Positions 38,891-49,477 are shown, counted from the first letter of the stretch. The stretch: 64,000 bases of DNA from Basidiobolus meristosporus CBS 931.73 (GCA_002104905.1 MCFE01000402.1:1-64000); one strand, 5' to 3'. Made by a program: numbers and translations. Notes: generated by a model from the letters alone, not told the origin.

Positions 38891-39505
38891 ATCCTAGGTG
38901 GATTCAACCATATTCTCAATACCAAAGCAACAGCAAGACTTCTAGTTCATGTATTGATATGATTAGGCAGTGCGCATCCCAGCCAATCATCATACAATAA
39001 ATCAATTTTAGGAGTGATCATACCCGCTATTGTTTCATTTTCCCAATTTTAGGATTCATTTCATCCAGTATTGTTTCTTTTTCGATATGTCACACATGTT
39101 ATTTTGATCTGGAAAACTGGGGTGCCTTTTGACTAAAAAGCGGTTCAGCCTCTCCTCTCTTTCAAGATAACAATGCAAGGAGGGCTTTAAAGTGCCTAGT
39201 CTATGAGCTATCTAGAGTACACTACGAGAAGTGTCTGTCTGTGTTTATGATACATGTGACATGTACTGACTGAGCCAATGCTTCCTACGGTGTTTGCACA
39301 TGATCAAGAGTAAAATTTAACGGATGAAGAGTTTAATGTCGAAGAAGCAACATAATATAGTCAAGCCAATATAGGTAGCTCAAAGAGTAAAGTCTAATAT
39401 TGGAAAGCTCTTGTGCATAAAAGGGTCCAGTGCGCACCTTCAAGAATCATACTAGAGCTTTCCAAAGTAGCTGTAAACCACTCTAGCAACACCTACTACT
39501 CGAAG

Positions 39506-40099
39506 ATGCTTTTCAAACCTTCCGTTCTTTGCTCGCTACTGCTGGCCACCCTAGCCTATGGAGATCACGCAAAGTTCTTCGAGCCAGCTGCCAGTAGCAA
39601 TATGGCCGTCGCTTCCGTGTCTGACTACGGATTCAGTCCAATCCGCTACACTGATCAAGGTGTCATCTTCCCCTACTACATGCTGGATGAAGACATCGAG
39701 ATTACCTCGGAGGAGGCTCAGCTTCGTCGTCTGAAGATCGGGAGCATGGTGAAGCGGGCGCCCCATCACAAGTCCAAGAAGGTCTACAAGAAGGTGACCA
39801 AGAAGCACCACAAGAAGCACCACAAGACGACCAAGCATAAGGTTGGAGAGAAGACCGATGTAGAGCCAATGACTGAGCCAACCACAGGTGAGGTAGATGT
39901 CGATGCTCCTGTCAATGATGAGGCAGCGGTGAATGACCCAGATGTTGCAACTGACGAAGACAACGAGGATGACACTGACCCTGAGGAAGCCGAGCTCTGG
40001 GGTCGCTGGGGCCGTGGAAGGTGGGGACGCGGTCGGTGGGGACGTGGCCGCTGGGGCCGTGGCAGATGGGGACGGGGTAGATGGGGAAGAAGATGGTAA
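39506..40099 (+). CDS. Array copy 8, B-type precursor, 33-aa tail
   Basis: Intact; WGRW(GRGRW)5GRRW. Confidence 0.9.
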   Translation: MLFKPSVLCSLLLATLAYGDHAKFFEPAASSNMAVASVSDYGFSPIRYTDQGVIFPYYMLDEDIEITSEEAQLRRLKIGSMVKRAPHHKSKKVYKKVTKKHHKKHHKTTKHKVGEKTDVEPMTEPTTGEVDVDAPVNDEAAVNDPDVATDEDNEDDTDPEEAELWGRWGRGRWGRGRWGRGRWGRGRWGRGRWGRRW

Positions 40100-40607
40100 A
40101 TCCTACGTGGATCCAACCATATCCTCAATACCAAAGCAACAGCAAGACTTCTAGTTCATGTATTGATATGATTAGGCAGTGCGCATCCCAGCCAATCATT
40201 ATACAATAAATCAATTTTAGGAGTGATCACACCCACTATTGTGTCATTTTAGATTTATCACACATGGTATCATGATATGAAAGAGATTGGGTTCCTCTGG
40301 GCTAATAAGGGCGTTTAGCGTTCTGGTCGGTCTCTAAGTGTAATATGTATTAGCAGTGGACACTGGTACTACTAATTTGGCTCATTGGACAGTGGGCCCA
40401 TATCCAAGAGTAAAACTTCAACGGGTGAAGAGTTTGAAGTCGAACAAGCAATATATTAATGTTGACTCAATATCTGTAGCTCCATGAGCTAAATCTAGTA
40501 TTGGAAGGGCTCTTATGCATAAAAATCGCGCTTTTGCTGTCTCGAGAATCATACTAGAGCTTTCCAAAGTCGCTGTAAACCACTCTAGCAACACCTGCCA
40601 CTCGAAG

Positions 40608-41264
40608 ATGATTTTCAAACCTTCCGTCCTTTACTCGCTACTGATGGCCACACTGGCCTATGGTGATCATGCGAAGTTCTTCAAGCCAGCTGCCAGTAGC
40701 AGTGTGGCCGTTGCTTCCGTATCTGACCACGGATTCAGTCCAATCCGCTACACTGATCAAGGTGTCGTCTTCCCCTACTACATGCTGGATGAAGATATCG
40801 AGATTACCCCAGAGGAGGCTCAGCTTCGTCGTCTGAAGATCGGGAGCATGGTGAAGCGTGCATCCCATCACGAGTCCAAGAAGGTGTACAAGAAGGTGAC
40901 CAAGAAGGTGACCAAGAAACATAGCAAGAAACACCACAAGAAGCACCATAAGAAGCACCACAAGAAACACCACAAGAAGACTAAGCATAAGGTTGGAGAG
41001 AAGACCGATGTGGAGCCAGTGACTGAGCCAACCCACGGTGAGGGTGATGTCGATGCTCCTGTCAATGATGAGGCAGCCGAGGATGACTTGGATATTGCAG
41101 CTGACGAAGACAACGAGGATGACACTGACCCTGAGGAAGCCGAGCTCTGGGGTCGCTGGGGCCGTGGAAGGTGGGGACGCGGTCGGTGGGGACGAGGCCG
41201 CTGGGGCCGTGGGAGATGGGGCCGTGGCAGATGGGGACGGGGTAGATGGGGAAGAAGATGGTAA
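40608..41264 (+). CDS. Array copy 9, B-type precursor, expanded K/H tract, 38-aa tail
   Basis: Intact; KKVY-KKVT-KKVT-KKHS-(KKHH)4; WGRW(GRGRW)6GRRW. Confidence 0.9.
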   Translation: MIFKPSVLYSLLMATLAYGDHAKFFKPAASSSVAVASVSDHGFSPIRYTDQGVVFPYYMLDEDIEITPEEAQLRRLKIGSMVKRASHHESKKVYKKVTKKVTKKHSKKHHKKHHKKHHKKHHKKTKHKVGEKTDVEPVTEPTHGEGDVDAPVNDEAAEDDLDIAADEDNEDDTDPEEAELWGRWGRGRWGRGRWGRGRWGRGRWGRGRWGRGRWGRRW

Positions 41265-41879
41265 ATCCTAGGTGGCTCCCACCACATCCTCAATACCGAA
41301 GCAACAGCAAGACTTCTAGTTCATGTATTGATATGATTAGGCAGTGCGCATCCCAGCCAATCATTATACAATAAATCAATTTTAGGAGTGATCATACCCG
41401 CTATTGTTTCATTTTCCCAATTTTAGGATTCATTTCATCCAGTATTGCTTCTTTTTCGATATGTCACACATGGTATTTTGATCTGGAAAACTGGGGTGCC
41501 TTTTGACTAAAAAGCGGTTCAGCCTCTCCTCTCTTTCAAGATAACAATGCAAGGAGGGCTTTAAAGTGCCTAGTCTATGAGCTATCTAGAGTACACTAAG
41601 AGAAGTGTCTGTCTGTGTTTATGATACATGTGACATGTACTGACTGAGCCAATGCTTCCTACGGTGTTTGCACATGATCAAGAGTAAAATTTAACGGGTG
41701 AAGAGTTTGATGTCGAAGAAGCAACATAATATAGTCAAGCCAATATAGGTAGCTCAAAGAGTAAAGTCTAATATTGGAAAGCTCTTGTGCATAAAAGGGT
41801 CCAGTGCGCACCTTCAAGAATCATACTAGAGCTTTCCAAAGTAGCTGTAAACCACTCTAGCAACACCTACTACTCGAAG

Positions 41880-42487
41880 ATGCTTTTCAAACCTTCCGTC
41901 CTTTACTCTCTACTGATGGCCACACTGGCCTATGGAGATCATGCGAAGTTCTTCAAGCAAGCTGCCAGTAGCAATATGGCCGTCGCTTCCGTGTCTGACT
42001 ACGGATTCAGTCCAATCCGCTACACTGATCAAGGTGTCATCTTCCCCTACTACATGCTGGATGAAGACATCGAGATTACTCCAGAGGAGGCTCAACTTCG
42101 TCGTCTGAAGATCGGGAGCATGGTGAAGCGGGCGCCCCATCACAAGTCCAAGAAGGTCTACAAGAAGGTGACCAAGAAGCATAGCAAGAAGCACCACAAG
42201 ACGACCAAGCATAAGGTTGGAGAGAAGACCGATGTAGAGCCAATGACTGAGCCAACCACAGGTGAGGGCGATGTCGATGCTTCTGTCAATGATGAGGCAG
42301 CCGAGGATGACTTGGATATTGCAGCTGACGAAGACAACGAGGATGACACTGACCCTGAGGAAGCCGAGCTCTGGGGTCGCTGGGGCCGTGGAAGGTGGGG
42401 ACGCGGTCGGTGGGGACGTGGCCGCTGGGGACGTGGGAGATGGGCCGTGGCAGATGGGGACGGGGTAGATGGGGAAGAAGATGGTAA
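41880..42487 (+). CDS. Array copy 10, B-type, -1 G frameshift in the tail (~42442)
   Basis: agatgggccg versus agatggggccg in sister copies. Confidence 0.75.
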
Positions 42488-42996
42488 ATCCATAGTGGAT
42501 CCAACCATATTCTCAATACCAAAGCAACAGCAAGACTTCTAGTTCATGTATTGATATGATTAGGCAGTGCGCATCCCAGCCAATCATTATACAATAAATC
42601 AATTTTAGGAGTGATCGCATCCACTATTGTTTCATTTTAGATTTATCACACATGGTATCATGATATGAAAGAGATTGGGTTCCTCTGGGCTAATAAGGGC
42701 GTTTAGCGTTCTGGTCGGTCTCTAAGTATAATATGTATTAGCAGTGGACACTTTGTACTACTAATTTAGCTCATTGGACAGTGGGCCCATATCCAAGAGT
42801 AAAACTTCAACGGGTGAAGAGTTTGAAGTCGAACAAGCAATATATTAATGTTGACTCAATATCTGTAGCTCCATGAGCTAAATCTAGTATTGGAAGGGCT
42901 CTTATGCATAAAAATAGCGCTTTTGCTGTCTCGAGAATCATACTAGAGCTTTCCAAAGTCGCTGTAAACCACTCTAGCAACACCTGCCACTCGAAG

Positions 42997-43653
42997 ATGA
43001 TTTTCAAACCTTCCGTCCTTTACTCGCTACTGATGGCCACACTGGCCTATGGAGATCATGCGAAGTTCTTCAAGCCAGCTGACAGTAGCAATATGGCTGT
43101 CGCTTCCGTGTCTGACCATGGATTCAGTCCAATCCGCTACACTGATCAAGGTGTCATCTTCCCCTACTACATGCTGGATGAAGATATCGAGATTACCCCA
43201 GAGGAGGCTCAGCTTCGTCGTCTGAAGATCGGGAGCATGGTGAAGCGTGCACCCCATCAGGAGTCCAAGAAGGTGTACAAGAAGGTGTACAAGAAGGTGA
43301 CCAAGAAGGTGACCAAGAAACATAGCAAGAAACACCACAAGAAGCACCACAAGAAACACCACAAGGAGACTAAGCATAAGGTTGGAGAGAAGACCGATGT
43401 GGAGCCAGTGACTGAGCCAACCCACGGTGAGGGTGATGTCGATGCTCCTGTCAATGATGAGGCAGCCGAGGATGACTTGGATATTGCAGCTGACGAGGAC
43501 AACGAGGATGACACTGACCCTGAGGAAGCCGAGCTCTGGGGTCGCTGGGGCCGTGGAAGGTGGGGACGCGGTCGGTGGGGACGTGGCCGCTGGGGACGTG
43601 GGAGATGGGGCCGTGGCAGATGGGGACGGGGTAGATGGGGAAGAAGATGGTAA
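42997..43653 (+). CDS. Array copy 11, B-type precursor, expanded K/H tract, 38-aa tail
   Basis: Intact ORF. Confidence 0.9.
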   Translation: MIFKPSVLYSLLMATLAYGDHAKFFKPADSSNMAVASVSDHGFSPIRYTDQGVIFPYYMLDEDIEITPEEAQLRRLKIGSMVKRAPHQESKKVYKKVYKKVTKKVTKKHSKKHHKKHHKKHHKETKHKVGEKTDVEPVTEPTHGEGDVDAPVNDEAAEDDLDIAADEDNEDDTDPEEAELWGRWGRGRWGRGRWGRGRWGRGRWGRGRWGRGRWGRRW

Positions 43654-44238
43654 ACCCTTGGTGGCTCCCACCACATCCTCAATACCGAAGCAACAGCAAG
43701 ACTTCTAATTCATGTATTGATATGATTAGGCAGTGCTCATTCCAGCCAATCATCATACAATAAATCAATTTTAGGAGTGATCACACCCACTGTTTTTTCG
43801 ATTTAGATTTATCACACATGGTATCATGATATGAAAAAGATTGGGTACCTCTGGACTAAAAAGCAGCCTACCCACATCTTGCTCACGAGATATTGATGAA
43901 AGAAGTATAATCGTAAGGCTAGTAGTCAAGCATTCTTAAGGGCGTTTACCGTTCTGGTCGGTTTCTGAGTGTAATCTGTATAAGCAGTGGACACTGGTAC
44001 TACTAATTAGGCTTATTAGGCTGTGGGCGCATATCCCAGAGTAAGACTTCAACGGTTAAAAAGTTTGAAGTCGAACAAGCAATATAATAAGGCCGAATCA
44101 ATATAGGAAGCTCCATGAGCCAAATATAGTATTGGAGGGGCTCTTATGCATAAAAACAGCGCTTTTGCTATCTCGAGAATCATACTAGAGCTTTCCAAAG
44201 TAGCTGTAAACCACTCTAGCAACACCTACAACTCGAAG

Positions 44239-44835
44239 ATGATTTTCAAGCCTTCAGTTCTTTGCTCGCTACTAATGGCCACCCTGGCCTATGGAGATCA
44301 TACGAAGTTCTTCAAGCCAGCTGACAGTAGCAATATGGCCGTCGCTTCCGTGTCTGACCACGGATTCAGTCCAATCCGCTACACTGATCAAGGTGTCATC
44401 TTCCCCTACTACATGCTGGATGAAGACATTGAGATTACCCCAGAGGAGGCTCAACTTCGTCGTCTGAAGATCGGGAGCATGGTGAAGCGTGCACCCCATC
44501 ACAAGTACAAGAAGGTGACCAAGAAACATAGCAAGAAACACCACAAGAAGACTGAGCATAAGGTTGGAGAGAAGACCGATGTGGAGCCAGTGACAGAACC
44601 AACCACAGGTGAGGTTGATGTCGATGCTCCTGTCAATGATGAGGCAGCGGAGGCTGACCCGGATATTGCATCAGACGAGGACAACGAGGATGACACTGAC
44701 CCTGAGGAAGCCGAGCTCTGGGGTCGCTGGGGCCGTGGAAGGTGGGGACGCGGTCGGTGGGGACGTGGCCGCTGGGGACGCGGGAGATGGGGTCGTGGTA
44801 GATGGGGGCGGGGTAGGTGGGGAAGAAGATGGTAA
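44239..44835 (+). CDS. Array copy 12, B-type precursor
   Basis: Intact ORF, 38-aa tail. Confidence 0.9.
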   Translation: MIFKPSVLCSLLMATLAYGDHTKFFKPADSSNMAVASVSDHGFSPIRYTDQGVIFPYYMLDEDIEITPEEAQLRRLKIGSMVKRAPHHKYKKVTKKHSKKHHKKTEHKVGEKTDVEPVTEPTTGEVDVDAPVNDEAAEADPDIASDEDNEDDTDPEEAELWGRWGRGRWGRGRWGRGRWGRGRWGRGRWGRGRWGRRW

Positions 44836-45408
44836 ATCCATAGTGGATCCAACCATATCCTCAATACCGAATCAACTGCGAGACTTCTAGTTTATGTACT
44901 GATATGATTAGGCAGTGTTCATTCCAGCCAATCATTATACAATAAATCAAATTTAGCAGTGATCAAGTTCATTATTGTTTCATTTTCGATTTATCACACA
45001 TGGTATTTTGATCTGGAAAACTGGGGTACTTTTGGCTAGAAAGCAGTTCAGCCTCTCCTCACTTTCGAGATAACAATGCAAGGAGGGCTTTAAAGTGCCT
45101 AGTCTATGAGCTATCTAGAGTACACTAAGAGAGGTGTCTGTCTGTGTTTATGATACATGTGACATGTACTGACTGAGCCAATGCTTCCTAAGGTGTTTGC
45201 ACATGATCAAGAGTAAAATTTAACGGATGAAGAGTTTGATGTCGAAGAAGCAACATAATATAGTCAAGCCAATATAGGTAGCTCAAAGAGTAAAGTCTAA
45301 TATTGGAAAGCTCTTATGCATAAAAGGGTCCAGTGCGCGCCTTCAAGAATCATACTAGAGCTTTCCAAAGTAGCTGTAAACCACTCTAGCAACACCTACT
45401 ACTCGAAG

Positions 45409-46005
45409 ATGCTTTTCAAACCTTCCGTTCTTTGCTCGCTACTGATGGCCACCCTGGCCTATGGCGATCATGCGAAGTTTTTCAAGCCGGCTGACAGTAG
45501 CAGTGTGGCCGTCGCTTCCATATCCGACCACGGATTCAGTCCAATCCGCTACACTGATCAAGGTGTCATCTTCCCCTACTACATGCTGGATGAAGACATC
45601 GAGATTACTCCAGAGGAGGCTCAACTTCGTCGTCTGAAGATCGGCAGCATGGTGAAGCGTGCACCCCATCACAAGTACAAGAAGGTGACCAAGAAACATA
45701 GCAAGAAACACCACAAGAAGACTGAGCATAAGGTTGGAGAGAAGACCGATGTGGAGCCAATAATTGAACCAACCACCGGAGAGGTCGATGTCGATTCTCC
45801 TGTCAATGATGAGGCGGCGGTGGATGACCCGGATATTGCAGCTGACGAAGACAACGAGGATGACACTGACCCTGAGGAAGCCGAGCTCTGGGGTCGCTGG
45901 GGCCGTGGAAGGTGGGGACGCGGTCGGTGGGGACGTGGGAGATGGGGCCGTGGGAGATGGGGCCGTGGCAGATGGGGACGGGGTAGATGGGGAAGAAGAT
46001 GGTAA
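45409..46005 (+). CDS. Array copy 13, B-type precursor
   Basis: Intact ORF, 38-aa tail. Confidence 0.9.
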   Translation: MLFKPSVLCSLLMATLAYGDHAKFFKPADSSSVAVASISDHGFSPIRYTDQGVIFPYYMLDEDIEITPEEAQLRRLKIGSMVKRAPHHKYKKVTKKHSKKHHKKTEHKVGEKTDVEPIIEPTTGEVDVDSPVNDEAAVDDPDIAADEDNEDDTDPEEAELWGRWGRGRWGRGRWGRGRWGRGRWGRGRWGRGRWGRRW

Positions 46006-46589
46006 ACCCTAGGTGGCTCCCACCACATCCTCAATACCGAAGCAACAGCAAGACTTCTAGTTCATGTATTGATATGATTAGGCAGTGCGCATCCCAGCCA
46101 ATCATTATACAATAAATCAATTTTAGGAGTGATCACACCCACTATTGTGTCATTTTAGATTTATCACACATGGTATCATGATATGAAAGAGATTGGGTAC
46201 CTCTGGACAAATAAGCAGCTCACTCACATCTTGATCACGAGATATTGATGAAAGAAGTATAATCGTAAGGCTAGTAGTCAAAGATTCTTGAGGGCGTTTG
46301 CCGTTCTGGTCGCTCCCTGAGTGTGATCTGTATTAGCAATGGACACTGATAATACTAATTAGGCTCATTGGGCAGTGGGCCCATATCCAAGAGTAAGACT
46401 TCAACGGGTGAAAAGTTAAAATTCATACAAGCATTATGATAAGGTTGACTCAATATAGGTAGCTCCATGAGCTATATCTACTCTTGGGGGGCTCTTATGC
46501 ATAAAAATAGCGCCTTTGCTATCTCGAGAATCATACTAGAGCTTTCCAAAGTAGCTGTAAACCACTCTAGCAACAACTACCACTCGAGG

Positions 46590-47186
46590 ATGCTTTTCAA
46601 ACCTTCCGTCCTTTACTCGCTACTGCTGGCCACCCTGGCCTATGGAGATCATACGAAGTTCTTCAAGCCAGCTGACAGTAGCATTATGGCCGTCGCTTCC
46701 GTGTCTGACCACGGATTCAGTCCAATCCGCTACACTGATCAAGGTGTCATCTTCCCCTACTACATGCTGGATGAAGACATCGAGATTACCCCAGAGGAGG
46801 CTCAGCTTCGTCGTCTGAAGATCGGGAGCATGGTGAAGCGTGCACCCCATCACAAGTACAAGAAGGTGACCAAGAAACATAGCAAGAAGCACCACAAGAA
46901 GACTGAGCATAAGGTTGGAGAGAAGACCGATGTGGAGCCAATGACTGAGCCAACCCACGGTGAGGGCGATGTCGATGCTCCTGTCAATGATGAGGCAGCG
47001 GTGGATGACCCAGATGTTGCAACTGACGAAGACAACGAGGATGACACTGACCCTGAGGAAGCCGAGCTCTGGGGTCGCTGGGGCCGTGGAAGGTGGGGAC
47101 GCGGTCGGTGGGGACGAGGCCGCTGGGGACGTGGGAGATGGGGCCGTGGCAGATGGGGACGGGGTAGATGGGGAAGAAGATGGTAA
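46590..47186 (+). CDS. Array copy 14, B-type precursor
   Basis: Intact ORF, 38-aa tail. Confidence 0.9.
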   Translation: MLFKPSVLYSLLLATLAYGDHTKFFKPADSSIMAVASVSDHGFSPIRYTDQGVIFPYYMLDEDIEITPEEAQLRRLKIGSMVKRAPHHKYKKVTKKHSKKHHKKTEHKVGEKTDVEPMTEPTHGEGDVDAPVNDEAAVDDPDVATDEDNEDDTDPEEAELWGRWGRGRWGRGRWGRGRWGRGRWGRGRWGRGRWGRRW

Positions 47187-47770
47187 ATCCTAGGTGGCTC
47201 CCACCACATCCTCAATACCGAAGCAACAGCAAGACTTCTAGTTCATGTATTGATATTATTAGGCAGTGCTCATTGCAGCCAATTATCATGCAATAAATCA
47301 AATTTAGGCGTGATTACAAACACTATTGTTTCATTTGCGATTTATCACAAATGGTATTGTGATCTGACAAAACTCGGGTAACTCTAGTCTAATAAGCAGC
47401 CTGTCCACGTCTTGCTCACGAGATATTGTTGTAAGACTTACTATCGATAGACCAGTCTACAAGCTACCTTGAGGGCGTTTTCAGTACTATTCAGTCAATG
47501 AGTGTTATCTGTATTAGCAGTGGACACTGATAACACTAATTAGGCTCATTAGGCTGCGAGTGCATAGCCAAGAGTAAGACTTCAACGGGTGAAGTATTTG
47601 AAGCAGATCAAGCAATATAATAAGGTCAACTCAATATAGGTAGCTCCATGAGCTATATCTACTCTTGGGGGGCTCTTATGCATAAAAACAGCGCCTTTGC
47701 TATCTCGAGAATGATACTAGAGCTTTCCAAAGTAGCTGTAAATCACTCTAGCAACAACTACCACTCGAAG

Positions 47771-48352
47771 ATGCTTTTCAAACCTTCCGTTCTTTGCTCG
47801 CTACTGCTGGCCACCCTAGCCTATGGAGATCACGCGAAGTTCTTTAAGCCAGCTGCCAGTAGCAGTGTGGCCGTCGCTTCCGTGTCTGACCACGGATTCA
47901 GTCCAATCCGCTACACTGATCAAGGTGTCATCTTCCCCTACTACATGCTGGATGAAGATATCGAGATTACCCCAGAGGAGGCTCAGCTTCGTCGTCTGAA
48001 GATCGGGAGTATGGTGAAGCGGGCGCCCCATCACAAGTACAAGAAGGTGACCAAGAAGCATAGCAAGAAGCATCACAAGAAGACCGAGCATGAGGTTGGA
48101 GAGAAGACGGATATGGAGCCAATGACTGAACCAACCACCGGTGAGGTTGATGTCGATGCTCCTGTCAATGATGAGGCAGCCGAGGATGACTTGGATATTG
48201 CAGCTGACGAAGACAACGAGGATGACACTGACCCTGAGGAAGCCGAGCTCTGGGGTCGCTGGGGCCGTGGAAGGTGGGGACGCGGTCGGTGGGGCCGTGC
48301 GAGATGGGGCCGTGGCAGATGGGGACGAGGTAGATGGGGAAGAAGATGGTAA
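47771..48352 (+). CDS. Array copy 15, B-type precursor, 33-aa tail with one G-to-A change
   Basis: Intact; WGRWGRGRWGRGRWGRARWGRGRWGRGRWGRRW. Confidence 0.9.
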   Translation: MLFKPSVLCSLLLATLAYGDHAKFFKPAASSSVAVASVSDHGFSPIRYTDQGVIFPYYMLDEDIEITPEEAQLRRLKIGSMVKRAPHHKYKKVTKKHSKKHHKKTEHEVGEKTDMEPMTEPTTGEVDVDAPVNDEAAEDDLDIAADEDNEDDTDPEEAELWGRWGRGRWGRGRWGRARWGRGRWGRGRWGRRW

Positions 48353-48915
48353 ATCCGAAATGGATTCAATCAAGTCCTCAAAATTCTTGCCACAAGAACA
48401 GTTCTGGTACATGTATTGATATGATTAGGCAGTGCTCACCTTTGCCAACCATTATACAATAAAGTAGATTTTAGGAGTGACTGTTCCTCTCGATGATTCG
48501 TAACGATCATTTCAGGAATTATGACCTGTCATGCTTTCTGTATCGCAGAATGGGTTAGCAATAATCTCCAGTGTATAAACATGTCAATTCGCTTCATTCA
48601 TTTGGTAAGGTGATACAGTATCATAATAGTGTTTGTTATCTATGTTGGTAATCGCGTGTCTGACATCTATTCCATGGAATATTAGATCATTTTAAAAAAT
48701 ATCGACCTGTGTTGGTGGCCTTTTAAGTCGCGAATGATTTTGTGGTTTCTGAATTTGATGTGGCTTACGAGGTTAGATTTGAAAGAACGATATAATAAGG
48801 TGATGCTAGCATTTAGTTCTCAATGAGCTTATTTTGGTGCTAGAATTTGCTCATGAAAGCACCACATCTGTTCTCCCAAGAAGCAGATCTGAATTTTTTC
48901 AAGAGAAACGGAAAT

Positions 48916-49477
48916 ATGCAAACCTTCAATTCTCTGCCCCCTATTGATGGCAACTCTGGCTTATGGAGACCACTTGAAATTTATCAAGCCTTCCGCTAGT
49001 AATAATGCGGCCATTGCCTCCGTGTCCAACCGCGAATTCAACCCATTCCACAACACTGGCCATGGCGTCCTCATTCCTAACTACCTGATCAATAGGGAGA
49101 TTGAACTCGCACCAGAAGAAGTCCGCCTGCGTCGCTTGAATATTGGTGCATTGATTGAGAGCATACTCTCACTGAAAGCCTTGGGGTTCCCAAATGAGTT
49201 TGAGTTCAAGGGTGCAAGATTCATTAGCTTCGAGCCAACCGGTATATTCGACACAGGCGAGACTGGCATGAAATATGACACTACCAGTGATGAGGCAGTT
49301 GAAGATAACCCCGATATTACCGCTGATGATGAGGATGAGGATGAAGATGCCACTGACCCAGAAGAGGCCGAGCTATGGGGCAGGTTTGGTGGCTGTGGAC
49401 GTTGGAGACGAGGAAGATGGGGCCGTGGCAGGTGGCGTCGCGGCCGCTGGGGACGTCGTAGATGGGGAAGATGGTAG
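48916..49477 (+). pseudogene. Array copy 16, A-type; small deletion after the ATG removes the start of the signal peptide
   Basis: ATG C AAA CCT versus ATG CTT TTC AAA CCT in other copies; first in-frame Met is MATLAYG. The TATA-like element is also changed (ATGAAA), and the tail contains a Cys. Confidence 0.6.

Noticed and set aside
39996-40099. RGG/RG-box RNA-binding or PRMT-substrate role for the tails
   Set aside because: Intact copies carry a conserved signal peptide, which would route them away from cytosol and nucleus. This is worth revisiting only if secretion is disproved.
37019-47770. 31-41 aa N-terminal extensions (MHKNSAF..., MSYIYSW...) on B-type ORFs
   Set aside because: The upstream ATG overlaps the CATAAAA TATA-like box and is GTG in some copies. 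The downstream Met aligns with the A- and C-type starts and begins the signal peptide.
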